Assembly: GCA_951406725.2 (NCBI GenBank)
Contig: OX597819.1
Coordinates: 119,784,001 to 119,848,000 of the forward strand
DNA from: Octopus vulgaris
Taxonomy: Eukaryota
Direction: 5' to 3'
DNA: 64,000 bases
Shown here: positions 1-16,138 of the stretch, in pieces
Layout of the letters: each line of letters begins with the position of its first letter
Numbering within the stretch: the first letter of the stretch is position 1
Made by a program: the position numbers and the translations under genes
The notes under the pieces: generated by a model
Told to the model about the DNA's origin: nothing
Database searches by the model: none
What the model saw: the letters and a program-made list of their open reading frames with translations, nothing else

Positions 1-1616
1 GATATAAAGAGATATAAGGAGATATAAAGGGGATATAAAGAATATAAAAAAATATAAATGGATATAAAGGTATAAAGTTATAAAGTAAAAATAGAAATAG
101 AAATAAAAGTAAAAAAAATAAAAAAATAAAAAATAAAAATAGGAATAAAAATGATAAAAAATGTAAAAAGATATAAGGATGAGGGATGTATAGTGGTTAC
201 GGACCAAACATGGTGGTCAGGAAAAATTTAGTTGTAGAAGTTTTGGGTGTCAATAAATCAACAGGGGCGTCTGGGGACCTAGTGTATTGTAAATCAGAGC
301 TGTTGGGCAGCTATTCTAGTTCCTTGAATTAAGTGGTCATCTTGTACATACATACCAGCATGGATACATACACCCATATACACGCGCACATATACGCGCG
401 CATACACAGCTCCAAGCATATAAGCATACATACACACTCACGTGTAAACATGTACAGAAACACATATAAACCCACACACATGCGCATATATACATACATA
501 CAACAGAATATGCGTATATATACACGGACATTACACGTGTACATATATATATATATACATATATACCCACACACGCACATACACATATACATATACACAT
601 ACACATATGCATACATATATGCACATGTATACCTATACATACATACGCGTATACACACACCCATATATACATACGTACGTCCATCCTTACATACACATAC
701 ACAGATGCCCACACATACAGGTTTAGATATAAGATATTAAAAGATGTATATAAGAACGCATGTAAAGAGTCACGCACTCACGTCTACCCGTGCACGCACA
801 CACGGCTGTGTGTCCATATGTGCGTGTACATATACACTTACATACACACACAGAGACATACGCGCGTATAGGTATAGCTATAAGATATTAGAAATCTGCG
901 AAAAACATGTAAGAAATTTTTAAAAATTATTAAAAGAAATTATTAAAGAAGTGTAACGGGGTATGCACATCCATACGTAGATGTTTACTCGTACATATGT
1001 ACACATATGTATACGTATACATACGTACACGGACGCACGTATAATCATAAAGCGGATCCATAGATAAGTAAATAAGGGATAAGCAAAAAAAAATAGACAT
1101 ATATAGAGATATAAAGCGATAAGTTAGGGTTAAGAATGAGGGTAAGAATAAAAATTAGAAATAAAAGTAAGAAATACAATATAAAAGTTATAAATAAAAT
1201 ATAAAAATTATAAGAACTATAAGAATTAAAATAAGGAATGAAAATAAAAATAAGAATAAAGGTAGAGCGAAATAGAATAGGATAAAGTAAAATAAAAATA
1301 TAATCGGGTAAAGCTTAACATGAGATGAAGGAAAAAATAAAAGGTGGTTCAAAGTGTAAAGTTAAAGGTGTGTGCTAAAGGTGACCACGTAGGGGCGGGC
1401 GGGGGGAACTGAAAATTGGAAGGGTGGAAAGTGGAGTTTGGCGGTGTGCGCTCAACATCCGAGTTAGAAATGTGAAAAGGTATAGATATAGGGAAATAAA
1501 GAGTTTAGATAGGAAGAATGTAGGTGTAGGAGAAGAAATATGTAGGGAAAAAAACATATATAGGAGACAAAATGTGTATATATAGGAGGAAAATGCAGGG
1601 AAATATATATGCACAT

Positions 1617-1651
<35 letters not shown>

Positions 1652-1671
1652 CATATACATACACATATATG

Positions 1672-1735
<64 letters not shown>

Positions 1736-1824
1736 TACACGCACATATAGGAAAGCGGGATTCGCTGGAGCCGACAGGTTGCGCCGGGTGGGAGGAAATT
1801 GCATGGTGGAGTTGGTATAATAGC

Positions 1825-2793
1825 CTAAGCTTTGTAGTATTTGAAAGTATTAATAAGTTTGTGTATACAGGATGGTTTGAACTCTGACCTTTTGTTAATA
1901 AGATTGTGTTTGTCTTTGAATTTCAAGATATTCAGGAGTTCTACACAACATAGTTGGCATCCTGCTCTATTATTTAAATGAGGTGCAGCTGATCCGATGA
2001 TGGACCACCTGAGTTTGAAACCTATGCATTTGTCTTTTAATTCCCAAATTTTTTTAGAAAGGTAGGTGCTGTTAGCTTTATGTCTGTGTTTCAGCGAGGA
2101 CCGGTGGTTGTAGTATCTGGATTTCCAGGAGGTTGAGCAACCTATGTAGATGAGTGTGTTAAACTGGGTACTCACCTCACATGAATATATTACGTTTTTC
2201 GCCCTACATGCGCCCCGTAGCGGACACTCGGATGCACATATGCAGTTGCAGTGCATTGCATTACTCGGTCATGTGCTGTTAATCCCAGGCGGAGGTGTTG
2301 CATTACGTGTGGGGGCGTTGATATCCTCCTGGTTGTTGATGGGTGTGGTATTGCCTCTGTTGTGTTGGCGGGTGCTATTACTAACTGTTTGGGTAATATG
2401 ACTGCCAGTCTGATTATATTGTCTACTGTCTGGATGAGGGGGGTTCGGTTGGTCGCTATAGCTTGCTCTTGATCTAGCTGTTCTAATATTAATATAGTTA
2501 TGTTTAGCTATGAGGCAGCTCATGTTGGGTAGGGTAGAGTAGGAAATCCTAATGGTTTTGTTGTGGAAGATACTTCTATACTTATGGGTGCGTGGGAAGT
2601 TGTTGGAAATGATAGAGAATATTCTCTTACATAATTTACCCCTGACTGCTAAGTTGTATGGTATGTTGAACCATATATATTTGCGTAATCTACTATTATC
2701 GCTTCTATTTCTCCTAATAGGATCTATATTGCTCTCGTCGGGAGGGTTGCTATTGTGTGCTATTCTATTAGTTCGCCTATTTCTTTTTTTTCG
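1825..2793 (-). pseudogene. PLE C-terminal linker and GIY-YIG endonuclease with one in-frame stop
   Basis: One frame reads RKYIWFNIPYNLAV...ISYSTLPNMSCLIAKHN, TGA at 2269-2271, then CNC...CPLRGAC..NVIYSC...YIGCSTSWKSRYYNH...LINKRSE. This is typical of the PLE ORF 3' end. The RT domain is missing. Confidence 0.88.
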
Positions 2794-4014
2794 CTGATTT
2801 CTAATATCTTATAGCTATACCTATACGCGCGTATGTCTCTGTGTGTGTATGTAAGTGTATATGTACACGCACATATGGACACACAGCCGTGTGTGCGTGC
2901 ACGGGTAGATGTGAGTGCGTGACTCTTTACATGCGTTCTTATATACATCTTTTAATATCTTATATCTAAACCTGTATGTGTGGGCATCTGTGTATGTGTA
3001 TGAAAGGATGGACGTGCGTATGTATATATGGGTGTGTGTATACGAGTATGTATGTATAGGTATACATGTGCATATATGTATGCATATGTGTATGTGTATA
3101 TGTATATGTGTATGTGCGTGTGTGGGTATATATGTATATATATATATATATATATGTACACGTGTAATGTCCGTGTATATATACGCATATTCTGTTGTAT
3201 GTATGTATATATGCGCATGTGTGTGGGTGTATATGTGTTTCTGTACATGTTTACACGTGAGTGTGTATGTATGCTTATATGCTTGGAGCTGTGTATGCGC
3301 GCGTATATGTGCGCGTGTATATGGGTGTATGTATCCATGCTGGTATGTTTTGTACAAGATGACCACTTAATTCAAGGAACTAGATTAGCTGCCCAACAGC
3401 TCTGATTTACAATATACTAGGTCCCCAGACGCCCCTGTTGATTTATTGACACCCAAAACTAAATTTTGTCATTTTCCTGACCACCATGTTTGGTCCGTAA
3501 CCACTATACATCCCTCATCCTTATATTTTTTTACATTTTTTATCATTTTTATTCCTATTTTTATTTTTTATTTTTTTTATTTTTTTTTACTTTTATTTCT
3601 ATTTCTATTTTTACTTTATAACTTTATACCTTTATATCCATTTATATTTTTTTATATTCTTTATATCCCCTTTATATCTCCTTATATCTCTTTATATCCT
3701 TATACTCTACATTTTTATATTTTTCTATACTTACACTTTTTATATATTTTTTATCCTTCGTCCTGAATTCTCGACCCTCCATCTTTACCCCTATTTACTC
3801 TTATTACCAGGTTCCTTCACGTCTATATATGTATTTATTTATTAATTTATCTACATTACTTCAACATCCAAATTTCCTCATTCTACAATGAGAGAAGAAA
3901 GAGATGGACGCTTCAATTCTATGCTGTTGCCGCATTATGTCGTACGCGAATGAGAGGATTTGCATCCCCAACCAACAATTTTTGATGTAACACATGTCCT
4001 TGTGGAAGTTGTGC

Positions 4015-4092
4015 GCGGCTGAAGAAGGCCACAGACATACATTATGCATTGTTATAAATCTGTCTAATAAAGGCCCGAAACATATGTACCGC
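4015..4092 (+). ncRNA. minimal type I hammerhead ribozyme motif
   Basis: GCGG-CTGAAGA-A-GGCC...(ACAGA/TCTGT)...GGCC-C-GAAA-CATATG-TA-CCGC; stem I GCGG/CCGC; palindromic stem III ACATATGT. Confidence 0.8.
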
Positions 4093-4194
4093 TGAATCCT
4101 TGGCATCATGTTTTTATTTTGATCAATTTACTCCACCACCTACACCACCAAACGGTATACACAGGTGCTTATAATTATCAAGTACTCACCCCGA

Positions 4195-4239
<45 letters not shown>

Positions 4240-4580
4240 CGTGTGTGTGTGTGCGAATATGTATATATACATATATAGACACATATATATACACCTATAC
4301 ATAAACATGCATATATATACACATGCATATACGTACACATGCATATATACATGTATTCACAGGAATATGCGCGTGAATACATGTATATATACATGCACAC
4401 ACAATGCGTGAGCACAGGTGCACACACATATACGTGCGCATAGGTGCACGCGCATATACAGCCACTCGCATGAGCGCATACAGGTACTTACGTATACGTA
4501 TATACAGTCATATATATTTGCATATATATGTATGTACGTACACATATATACATACACACACACAGACACATATATATGTG

Positions 4581-4626
<46 letters not shown>

Positions 4627-5491
4627 ACATACAAATACATACATACATAAAATAATTGTACACTTAATTGCACACACATCCGCTTCTATGTCCATATATG
4701 TAGTATTAAATTATTGTGATACTTAACATAAGATAGGGGAGTTAATTAAAGATTAAAAATTAAAATGGAGCTAAGTAGGGTTGTTGGGGATTAAATACGG
4801 GGTGTTGTGGATATATATATATACTGTGTGGTTATTAAGGTTGCATATATATATATACATAAATGTTCGTATGTAAAGTGATTTCAAATGGATAATCTAA
4901 AAACGCAAAAATCAAGTTAATTATGCTCTGTATAGATAAATGAAGTCTTAGATTTATCATAATATAATTGGCTGTGATTGCGTGGATTCCCGCGTGTGTA
5001 GCTTATTGAACCTGATCAAATAAGCCACCGAATCCGGTGAAACTTAGAAGCAAATGCCAATTATATTATAAGAGGTGAACGGGCGAGTGTATGTGTGTGT
5101 GTATGTGTGCATGTGAGTGTGTAGATAGGATACAGGAGACAGAGATTTTTATGTATATATAAATACATTTGTATCATGGCGTCATTGAGGTAACTCTTTT
5201 AAGTAATTCTCGGAATGCAGCATCCGTAATGGCAAACAAACTTGCTCTACACTTTCACATTTTAAAATTCGCGTTTACAGCAAGCTAGGTGAAATGTTAA
5301 TGCATAATGAATGTGAAAGAAAATTGGCATTCGATATGAATCGAGTTGTTACAGAAAAGGTTTTGCTGTAGACGAATTGTCGCATAATATCGGCTGCTGA
5401 GGCTTTGAACGTGTGAAGAATTATTTCAATATTGCTTTTTCACTCTTTCTCTTTCTTCCCCCAGTTTTTCTCTAAAGATATAAACCTGCGG

Positions 5492-5565
<74 letters not shown>

Positions 5566-5784
5566 ATATGTATATATATATATATATATATCCAGCTGTT
5601 TCTCATTCTCTCTGTGTATGTATAATATACGAACATATACATGCATGTAAATATAAATATATATATGTGTGTATATATGTGTATGCATACATATATGTAT
5701 GTATATATGTATGTATAAATATATATAGGTGTGTGTATACATATATATATATAAGTGTATATATATGCATGTAAATATATATGC

Positions 5785-5835
<51 letters not shown>

Positions 5836-5880
5836 TACACAAACAAATATGTTAGCCATTTAATGTTTTTTTATTTGATT

Positions 5881-6111
5881 CTTTTATTCTTTTACTTGCA
5901 TGTCATATGACTGCGGTCATACCTCAGCACAGCCTTTAAGAGTTTTAGCCGAACAAATCGACTCCACGACTTATTCTTTGTGAGCCCAGTACTAATTCTA
6001 TCGTTTCTTTTACAGGTCCCCTAAATTACGGGGTCGTAAACACGCCAACACCGGTTGCCAAGTGATGATGAGGGGACAAACACAGACAAAAATACACACA
6101 CACATTTCCTC

Positions 6112-6183
<72 letters not shown>

Positions 6184-6308
6184 GACGAGCATCTTTCAGT
6201 TTCCGTCTACCAAATCCACATAGAAGACACCCCAATGGCCACACTGTGCGACTGAACCTGGAAACAGGTGATTAGGAAGCAAGCTTTTTAGCACACAGCC
6301 ACGCCCAC

Positions 6309-6309
<1 letters not shown>
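5881..6309 (-). mobile_element. tRNA-derived SINE family A (internal microsatellite), diverged copy
   Basis: Reverse complement matches the copies at 9907, 33980 and 54084 (GTAGACGGAAACTGAAAGA, GATAGAAT-AGTACT, GCAGTCA-ATGAC). Confidence 0.8.
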
Positions 6310-6344
<35 letters not shown>

Positions 6345-6346
6345 TC

Positions 6347-6387
<41 letters not shown>

Positions 6388-6393
6388 TCATAA

Positions 6394-6427
<34 letters not shown>

Positions 6428-6489
6428 TTGTATATAATATATATATGAATTGAAAGTCAAGTACTTATATACATATATCCATATATTTA

Positions 6490-6535
<46 letters not shown>

Positions 6536-7316
6536 CGTATAAATATACATATATGAAATGAAAAATATCTATATGTACATATATATATATATATATATAT
6601 ACGTATAAATATACATATATGAAATAAAAAATATCTATATGTACATATATATTTATATATATATATATATAAATATGAGCGTAAATATATGTATTCGTTT
6701 ATATATGTCTGTGTGTATGCTATGTAGTGTATGTGCTTGCCTGTGTGTGAGTGTGTTTCTCGATGTGCATATATATCATGGCTCTGTGGGCTATGTTGCT
6801 CTCCGTTTATGCATTTAGCTAGATCTCTAAATTTCCAGCACTCTTTAATATCTCGTTTATCTCTTCTATAACATTATAGGCGTAAATGAATTTACGGCAA
6901 CTTCTGCTCTCTCCTTTTATTATTTCATTTCTCTTCTGTATGCTTAAGCCCATTACAGACCTTGCCAACCCACGTCTTCTCTATTTCTCTCTCTCCATCA
7001 CTTACGTCTCAATTTTTTTCCTTCTCAGTGATCCCGCTTAAGAATAATATTCTACATATATCATGATGCATTTCCATATATCTATTTTCTGATTCCATTG
7101 TGATATATCTATTTTTACATACAGATGAATCATTATTTATCGTTCTATATTTCATATATCCGTACAAACCATAACAGATTTTTATTTTAACAAGTAGTCT
7201 CCATCATATCTCAGAAATCTTGTCGCCCCCGTCTTTTAGTTTTTCCAACAGATTTACTTAATTTGTACTTGATTTCTTTGCATAAATTCTAGCTTCAGCG
7301 TAATCGAGCTATCCAT

Positions 7317-7372
<56 letters not shown>

Positions 7373-7382
7373 AGAGAGAGAG

Positions 7383-7455
<73 letters not shown>

Positions 7456-8064
7456 TGCAAGCGATATCCAATATGCACAAGCCTTCCGCACAAAATTAGT
7501 TTTATGGAAAACCCTTCAATAAATCTAACACCGAAGTAAGCTGCAGTTTCACATAAGATGTAATTCCTAGAATACCCGGTATGTCAAAAGAAAAGCCACA
7601 AATGGAAATATGTATTAACTAATTGCACTTGCGGTAATGTATAATACTGTACTAAGCTCGTTACTGAGTGTCTTTTGTTCTCAGCAAAGATACTATTCAA
7701 GGATGCTTCACAAAAAAGAAAGAAAACATCGTATTTACTGGAAACACATTCAAACGTGGGTATAACCAGTAAATATATTCATTCAGAAATACTGGCAGCG
7801 GAACAAAATTGCAGTTTCTTCTGACATTGAAGATAACTACGTAAAAATTCAGAATGATTAAGAAAAATCGTTAATTTAGACACATTGCTAATTTACGTTC
7901 ATCATAGTGGTATGCTTTGCGTTTGAGGGAAATTTATTTTAAATCTAATTACGTCAAATTAATCGGTATGTGTCAGTTGCTCTCAAATTAATCAAGCTAT
8001 TGACATATGACCTGGTTTGTTTAAATTTACTTCCGGATTACATTTAAAATGTAACACCCGACAA

Positions 8065-8454
8065 GTGTGACGTACCAGTTAAGACAAACTTTTGTACTTC
8101 CTGCATGTATGGTAAACCAGGGATCATGCTTGAATAATGTTCAGTTCATTGCAAGTGATCCTACAATCATTGGTATTGTAACCGTCTTGAAATGCCACAT
8201 CTTTTCGATTTCGATTATCAGAACTTTATATTTTCTGAGCTTATAAAATTCTTTTGCCTACATATTATGGTCACGTGGTATGCACATGTCAATTAATAAA
8301 AACACCTTATTGTTATCGTCTTTCCCAACAAAAGCTGGTTTATTTGCCTTGATGGTCCTATTTGTACATACTGGAAAGTCCCAAAGAATAGTTAAATTTT
8401 CTCTCAATGTTACAACCTCAGGAAGGTGCTTGTACTATTTGTCAGCAGTTTTGA

Positions 8455-8458
<4 letters not shown>
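8065..8458 (-). pseudogene. old R4/Dong-clade LINE, RLE endonuclease fragment
   Basis: Minus strand reads YKHLPEVVTLRENLTILWDFPVCTNRTIKANKP...LIDMCIP...KLRKYK...EKMWHFKTVTIPMIVGSL with stops; paralogous to the adjacent younger copy. Confidence 0.8.
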
Positions 8459-9536
<1,078 letters not shown>

Positions 9537-9906
9537 ATTATTATCAATATTATTATCAATTAATATAGAAAGGATTGAGATAACTCCTGAAGATATAGAG
9601 TCAAAATTAAAAGAAGAGTGCCAGATGAAATTCTCACATCTCAAGCATTGAGAGATTTGTTGTCATTGTTCAAAGTCAGTGTGGTTCTCCAAGATCTCAT
9701 ACTTACAGTCAAAAAGTTTCGCAGAGTGGTAGACTATCAAAAGCTTTTTCATAGTCTATCAAGGATATTGAAATGTTTTTGTGTCGTTTGTGACAACCTT
9801 CCAAGATATTCTTATTGATGAGTAACTGATCTTTACAACCATAGGACCAATGTTTACATCTTTTGTCTCACTGGGGAATGTCATTTTTTGTTAACAAAAA
9901 CCTATA

Positions 9907-10320
9907 GGCGAAGGAGTGGCTGTGTGGTAAGTAGCTTGCTTAACAACCACATAGTTCGAGTTCAGTTGCACTGCGTGGCACCTTGGGCAAGTGTCTTCTA
10001 CTGTAGCCTCGAGCCGACCAAAGCCTTGTGAGTGGATATGGTAGAGGGAAACTGAAAGAAGCCCGTCGTATATATGTATATGTATATATATGTGTGTATA
10101 TGTTTGCGTGTCTGTGTTAGTGCCCCCCCCCCCCACCAACATCGCCAGACAACCGATGCTGGTGTGTTTACTTCTCCGTAAATTAGCGGTTCGGCAAAAG
10201 AGACCGATAGGATAAGTACTAGAGACCGATAGAATAACTCCTTGAGTCGATTTGCTCGACTAAAAGGCGGTGCTCCTGCATGGCCGCAGTCAAATGACTG
10301 AAACATAGAAAAGAAAAAAA
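9907..10320 (+). mobile_element. SINE family A
   Basis: Head GGAGTGGCTGTGTGGTAAG...GAGTTCAGTTGC (A/B-box like), body, internal (TA/TG)n, tail GCATGGCCGCAGTCAAATGACTGAAAC. Confidence 0.9.
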
Positions 10321-10339
10321 GAAATATAGGTATATTTAG

Positions 10340-10910
10340 TCTAGACAGATGTTACCATTTCATACATTGTTGTTAAGCAGGTTATGGGTATATAATTTTT
10401 TAGTTCATTTATTTTTTGGGGTTTTTTTTCTATTTTGGAAGTTGGAATGTTACACCATTAACTAGCCAAGAGGGAATCGTACTAGGTTATTGTAAAACAT
10501 TGTTGTAAAATTTTGTTAGCACTTCATGGCTCTCTAGGAAGGCATTCAACCAGATGTTAGGATTTCATCCTTTCCTGGAGACTTCCATTTACTTGACTTA
10601 ATGAGAGAAGATCTTACATCCTCCACCTTGATACACTTCCACTTTTGCTCTTCTATGGAATCTAAGTGTGTAGATATTCTATGAATCCAGTGGACCTTTC
10701 ATTGTGTGTGTTTTCGTCTGCTCAAATTTTATTCCAGAATTCCTGCGCTTCTTCGTTTGATGGGACAAACGTTTCTGTAACTGGTATTTTCCTATCTCCC
10801 TGTAAAATATTTTTAGGTTATTTTTCAACATGTTGTTGACCTTGAAGAATCTAACGCACTTTTCATACCTTGCTATGCGGGTAGATTTAGCACGTAGCTT
10901 CTTCTTCTTA
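10340..10910 (-). pseudogene. old R4/Dong-clade LINE, region upstream of and entering the RT
   Basis: LRAKSTRIARYEKCVRFFKVNNMLKNNLKIFYREIG and a decayed GVTFQLPK...KNY segment resemble Dong/R4 pre-RT motifs; abuts (TAA)n. Confidence 0.6.
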
Positions 10911-10970
10911 TTATTATTAATATTATTATTATTGTTGTTATTGTTGTTGTTATTGTTATTATTATTATAA

Positions 10971-11004
<34 letters not shown>

Positions 11005-11012
11005 CATTATTA

Positions 11013-11046
<34 letters not shown>

Positions 11047-11061
11047 GATTATTATCATTAT

Positions 11062-11596
11062 TTAGTGAGAGAGCAGTGCATGCCATCAAAGTGACACTGG
11101 GGTAAAATATACGAAGCCCAGTATACCCATCAGGTCTACCCGTCTGATAAGGGTACACTAGGCACATGCATCACAACCATATCAAGATAAACAACACATG
11201 ACCTTGCAGGTGGGGCCCAGTTAGAATTTTCTTCAGGTCGAGTAACCCATCCCACTCGAAAGGTCCCTTAATAAGGATTGTTTAAGGATGTTGAACGAAG
11301 CTCCCATGTTTCCAGAGGTGAATTATTCAAACCCCAAATTATCCCTCTCAACACACGGCTACGATGCTCCCCCACTACTTCTGCTCGTGATCAGAGATGC
11401 ACATATCGTCAGTCACTAAGGGACATGCTCAACTGGTTAAGGTCAAACAATTGACAAGCAAATCTGTAGTATTGAGCAGAATATTTGTTGTAGCCCATCT
11501 TTTATACCAAGACAAAACAATGTACATGATAACACTTCCAATCAGTTGAGATCAGAAGCCATGAGAGCCACTGCCTGGTACTGCATCGGGGCATTT

Positions 11597-11597
<1 letters not shown>
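11062..11597. mobile_element. about 535-bp non-coding insert between (TAA)n arrays, unclassified
   Basis: Complex, relatively GC-rich block with sharp edges against (TTA)n on both sides; no recognisable ORF. Confidence 0.5.
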
Positions 11598-11650
<53 letters not shown>

Positions 11651-11722
11651 GTTGTTGTTGTTGTTGTTGTTGTTATTATTGTTGTTGTTGTTGTTGTTAT
11701 TATTATTATTATTATTATTATG

Positions 11723-11785
<63 letters not shown>

Positions 11786-13709
11786 TTAGTCAAGATGACG
11801 AGCTGGAGGAACACTCTAACCACTAAGCCACGCGCCTCCACACACTTTAAAAGAAAATTAACTATAAATCACTTACACCAGATAATTCATGACTACCACA
11901 GATACTACATGAGTACCACAAAGAATGGCAATCTTTAAGCCCTATTTTAAAGTGCCTGCTTTGAAAGACCGAGGAATACAGCATTATTTACTTAGAGAGG
12001 ATCTCTCCTATGACCACATTGTGTATAAACGCACACATATCATTCACAGATGATCTGGCTATTTGCGACACCAGTACCTCAAAAAGTCACTGGAATTCTA
12101 TATATCTTGATGGGAAAATTCAGCAGGTAGGTCGAAATCATATGATGGAATTTCCGACGCTCGTAGCTGACATTCTCGTTTGCAAATGATATGTGTGCGT
12201 TTATGCACCATGCGTCCATATGAGAGGTCCTCTAAGGGTGAATAACGCAGAGTTCGACGTTATAACATAGCATCAATGTTACGTTGAATATAAAGATTAC
12301 ATCTTAGCGTTACCTTTTTGCTTCTGTCACAAGTAATTGCTTGTTAATAATCACCACTAATAATGTGTCATGTGAAAAGCACAAGAACGAAAATGGAAAC
12401 GTTATGTTATGCTCCAAGATCAAATAATATAACTCTAAAATATCTAAGCAAGTAAACTTCTTACAGACATATAGCTAAAAAAATTTCAGATTGATATTTA
12501 AAAAAAAAAAAAAACTAAAGATATTTTACAAACTTATTCAGATTTGACGTAAACATGATGTTTTGAATATTACATAGTATACCTCTTCCAGACACGGTGC
12601 TAAACAATGTTTTTCAAAAAATCAGACATACGCTTTCCCAGATACATGAATTCAACGTCTTTTTTTAAATGATTTTGAACTGTCATCTTCGATTTTTAGA
12701 TTTCTCCTGTCTTTTTTCACTGCCATGTTTCTTATACTATGATGAATGTAGGTTGCTTTAATCTGACAAGAATTTCCTCACACTCTTTCACCAAATTATC
12801 AGTAAACATATTTGTCGTTCATCTTCATTATCATCAACGAGTATAGCCATGAATCATTTCATTAAAATATATCGAATAAACAACTAGGACCTTATTATCG
12901 ATGGTACACTTTACGTTGCTCTCCACTTCGTCCAGCGTATTTAGGGAACTTTTAGGATATATAGTTTCTATAAGCAGTCTTTCCACTCCAGTCTAACGCT
13001 TTTATACGGCAGACATTAAATTCTCTGAAAACATCATTTTATCTATCACCATCACTGAACGGAATTGGAAGACCAGAAGGTGTACTAGATATATGCAAAG
13101 TCGCCTTAAATTATTCGATGCCATAAATCTGCAATTATATACAAGCCATTATGCCGGAAATATTTTTAGAAGCCTTCCACTCCTAGCATGCCATGCAGGC
13201 AACATTGTATACAAAATGCACCTTATTATATATTCACAGGTAAAATTCTGACTCGGCAAGGAATAGACGAAGTTGATGCTTTTCTGGGAAACACAAATAG
13301 GAATTGTTGCACCTCCAAAGATAAAACTTGTTTGAAATGCTATTCAACATACTCTATTTGTTATCATAAATCCGAAAAATGTTGAGGATAATTTCACAGA
13401 GAATTTAACAAATATTAATTATGAAAGAGTAAAGTTAACTCATTCAAAGTTGAAAAATATATGTTGCTGTAGCAGGGTCGGCGTGTTTTAAATCTTACTG
13501 TTGCTATGCGTTGTCTGTCTCTAAAGCTTTTTATACCTAAAAATGAATACAAATTAGATTCTTTGCCATTGATTGCTAACTCTCGACATACTGTACGCTG
13601 ACACACGCACTGACACACTCACAACGGACGTGACCGAAAAGGTCGATGATCAAAGGCATTCAACTTTCAAAACCATCATACCTATGCACCAATGACTCTA
13701 TTATGTTCG

Positions 13710-13710
<1 letters not shown>

Positions 13711-13743
<33 letters not shown>

Positions 13744-13864
13744 GTTGTTGTTGTTTTTGCTATTATTATTATTATTATTATTATTTTTATTTTTATTATT
13801 ATTATTGTTGTTGTTGTTTTTGTTGTTTTTGTTTTTATTATTGTTGTTGTTGTTGTTTTTGTTG

Positions 13865-13895
<31 letters not shown>

Positions 13896-13932
13896 CATTC
13901 TTCTTCTTATTATTATTATTATTATTATTATT
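13711..13932. repeat. (TTA)n/(TTG)n compound microsatellite
   Basis: Seen directly. Confidence 0.95.
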
Positions 13933-14214
13933 CATATTAGGAATCCATTGATTTTACTATTCGTATGAATCAGATTTGCAAAACCCCTGAAATTTTCATT
14001 TCATTACACATCCAAAACACATAACGAACACAAGCACACACACACATATACTTGTATATGCATACATAAGAGTGGATGTGTATACACATGCACACACGCG
14101 CACACACATATATACACATACATATATTTATACAAGCGTAAACATATATACTCATATGTATACAGACATAAACCCACAGACATATATATGTAAATGCACG
14201 TATATATATATGTA

Positions 14215-14304
14215 TATATATATATATATATATACACATATATATATATACATACATACATATATACATACATATATATGTTTATATATATATATATATA
14301 TACA

Positions 14305-14363
<59 letters not shown>

Positions 14364-14724
14364 TAAATGCATGGGTGCACATGCATTCATTGATGTGCAG
14401 GCGAGTGTGCACGCCTAAGCGTTATTGGGAATTCTTGTAGTTTGAAAGGATGATTGCAACAATAAAATAAATGCATTGATTGTGGTGATCTTTTTTGTAT
14501 CATTAATTATGTAATTAATTAATAATAAATTTAAATGAACTTCAGCAAATGTGGGTGTCTTTATTGCCACAATCACTCTGCCGTTGTAAAAAGAAAAAAG
14601 TAGTTTAAAATTTTCTATTCATCACAGCTCTACAGCGAGAGTTTGGTGAAACCATTACAAAACATTTTTGTACGTGTTTGGTTGTGTGTACATTAATGTA
14701 CAATAACGAACACGCCAGCAGTTT

Positions 14725-14767
<43 letters not shown>

Positions 14768-14816
14768 ACATATTCATATGCAGGCGTGATGATCATTACG
14801 TGTACGAGTGTGTCGG

Positions 14817-14855
<39 letters not shown>

Positions 14856-15021
14856 ATGTACACACTAAAACACGCACATACATACACGCACACACACATA
14901 CATGAACACACGGAAATATATATATATATATATGTGGGTGTGGGTGTGCGTATATATATATATATGCGCGTATATATATCGGATGTACTGCTACACATAT
15001 GCATACACGCACATACATGCA

Positions 15022-15079
<58 letters not shown>

Positions 15080-15147
15080 TATATACATACATACATATAT
15101 ACATACATATATATGTTTATATATATATATATATATACATACATATA

Positions 15148-15197
<50 letters not shown>

Positions 15198-15557
15198 TAA
15201 ATGCATGGGTGCACATGCATTCATTGATGTGCAGGCGAGTGTGCACGCCTAAGCGTTATTGGGAATTCTTGTAGTTTGAAAGGATGATTGCAACAATAAA
15301 ATAAATGCATTGATTGTGGTGATCTTTTTGTATCATTAATTATGTAATTAATTAATAATAAATTTAAATGAACTTCAGCAAATGTGGGTGTCTTTATTGC
15401 CACAATCACTCTGCCGTTGTAAAAAGAAAAATTTAGTTTAAAATTTTCTATTCATCACAGCTCTACAGCGAGAGTTTGGTGAAACCATTACAAAACATTT
15501 TTGTACGTGTTTGGTTGTGTGTACATTAATGTACAATAACGAACACGCCAGCAGTTT

Positions 15558-15600
<43 letters not shown>

Positions 15601-15744
15601 ACATATTCATATGCAGGCGTGATGATCATTACGTGTACGAGTGTGTCGGTATATATATATATATGTATGTATGTATATGTACACACTACGACACGCACAT
15701 ACATACACGCACACACACATACATGAACACACGGAAATATATAT

Positions 15745-15775
<31 letters not shown>

Positions 15776-15890
15776 GTGGGTGTGGGTGTGCGTATATATA
15801 TATATATGCGCGTATATATATCGGATGTACTGCTACACATATGCATACACGCACATACATGCATTCATATATATATATATATATACACAC
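14215..15890 (+). repeat. tandem duplication, period about 834 bp
   Basis: GATTAAATGCATGGGTGCAC at 14361 and 15195; unique blocks are nearly identical and differ in a few substitutions and (TA)n lengths. Confidence 0.92.
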
Positions 15891-16084
15891 ATACGTATAT
15901 ACATACACACACGCACACACATGTATATATATATATTCACATATATATAATTATACATGCATAAACACAAGCAGATGCTAATTTCTATGTGTGAATGTAT
16001 AGTTATGTATACGTCTATACATACCAAAGAGTGCATCTATCTATATCTATGTATATGTGTGTGTACGCCTATGTTTGAATAGAC

Positions 16085-16138
<54 letters not shown>

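Larger units (their letters stand above)
1..4197 (-). mobile_element. 5'-truncated Penelope-like retroelement with an inverted copy of its 3' region (left end outside the window)
   Basis: 1..905 and 2787..3698 are reverse complements. They flank a GIY-YIG ORF remnant. The right arm continues to an HHR at 4015 and ends at (TA)n at about 4197. Confidence 0.85.

Noticed and set aside
5001-5045. CTGATCA...CACCG/CGGTG-AAAC hairpins
   Set aside because: Core is unpaired at positions 3/8, spacing is wrong and there is no stem I partner.
6535-6660. 66-bp tandem repeat
   Set aside because: Ordinary slippage duplication inside (TA)n.
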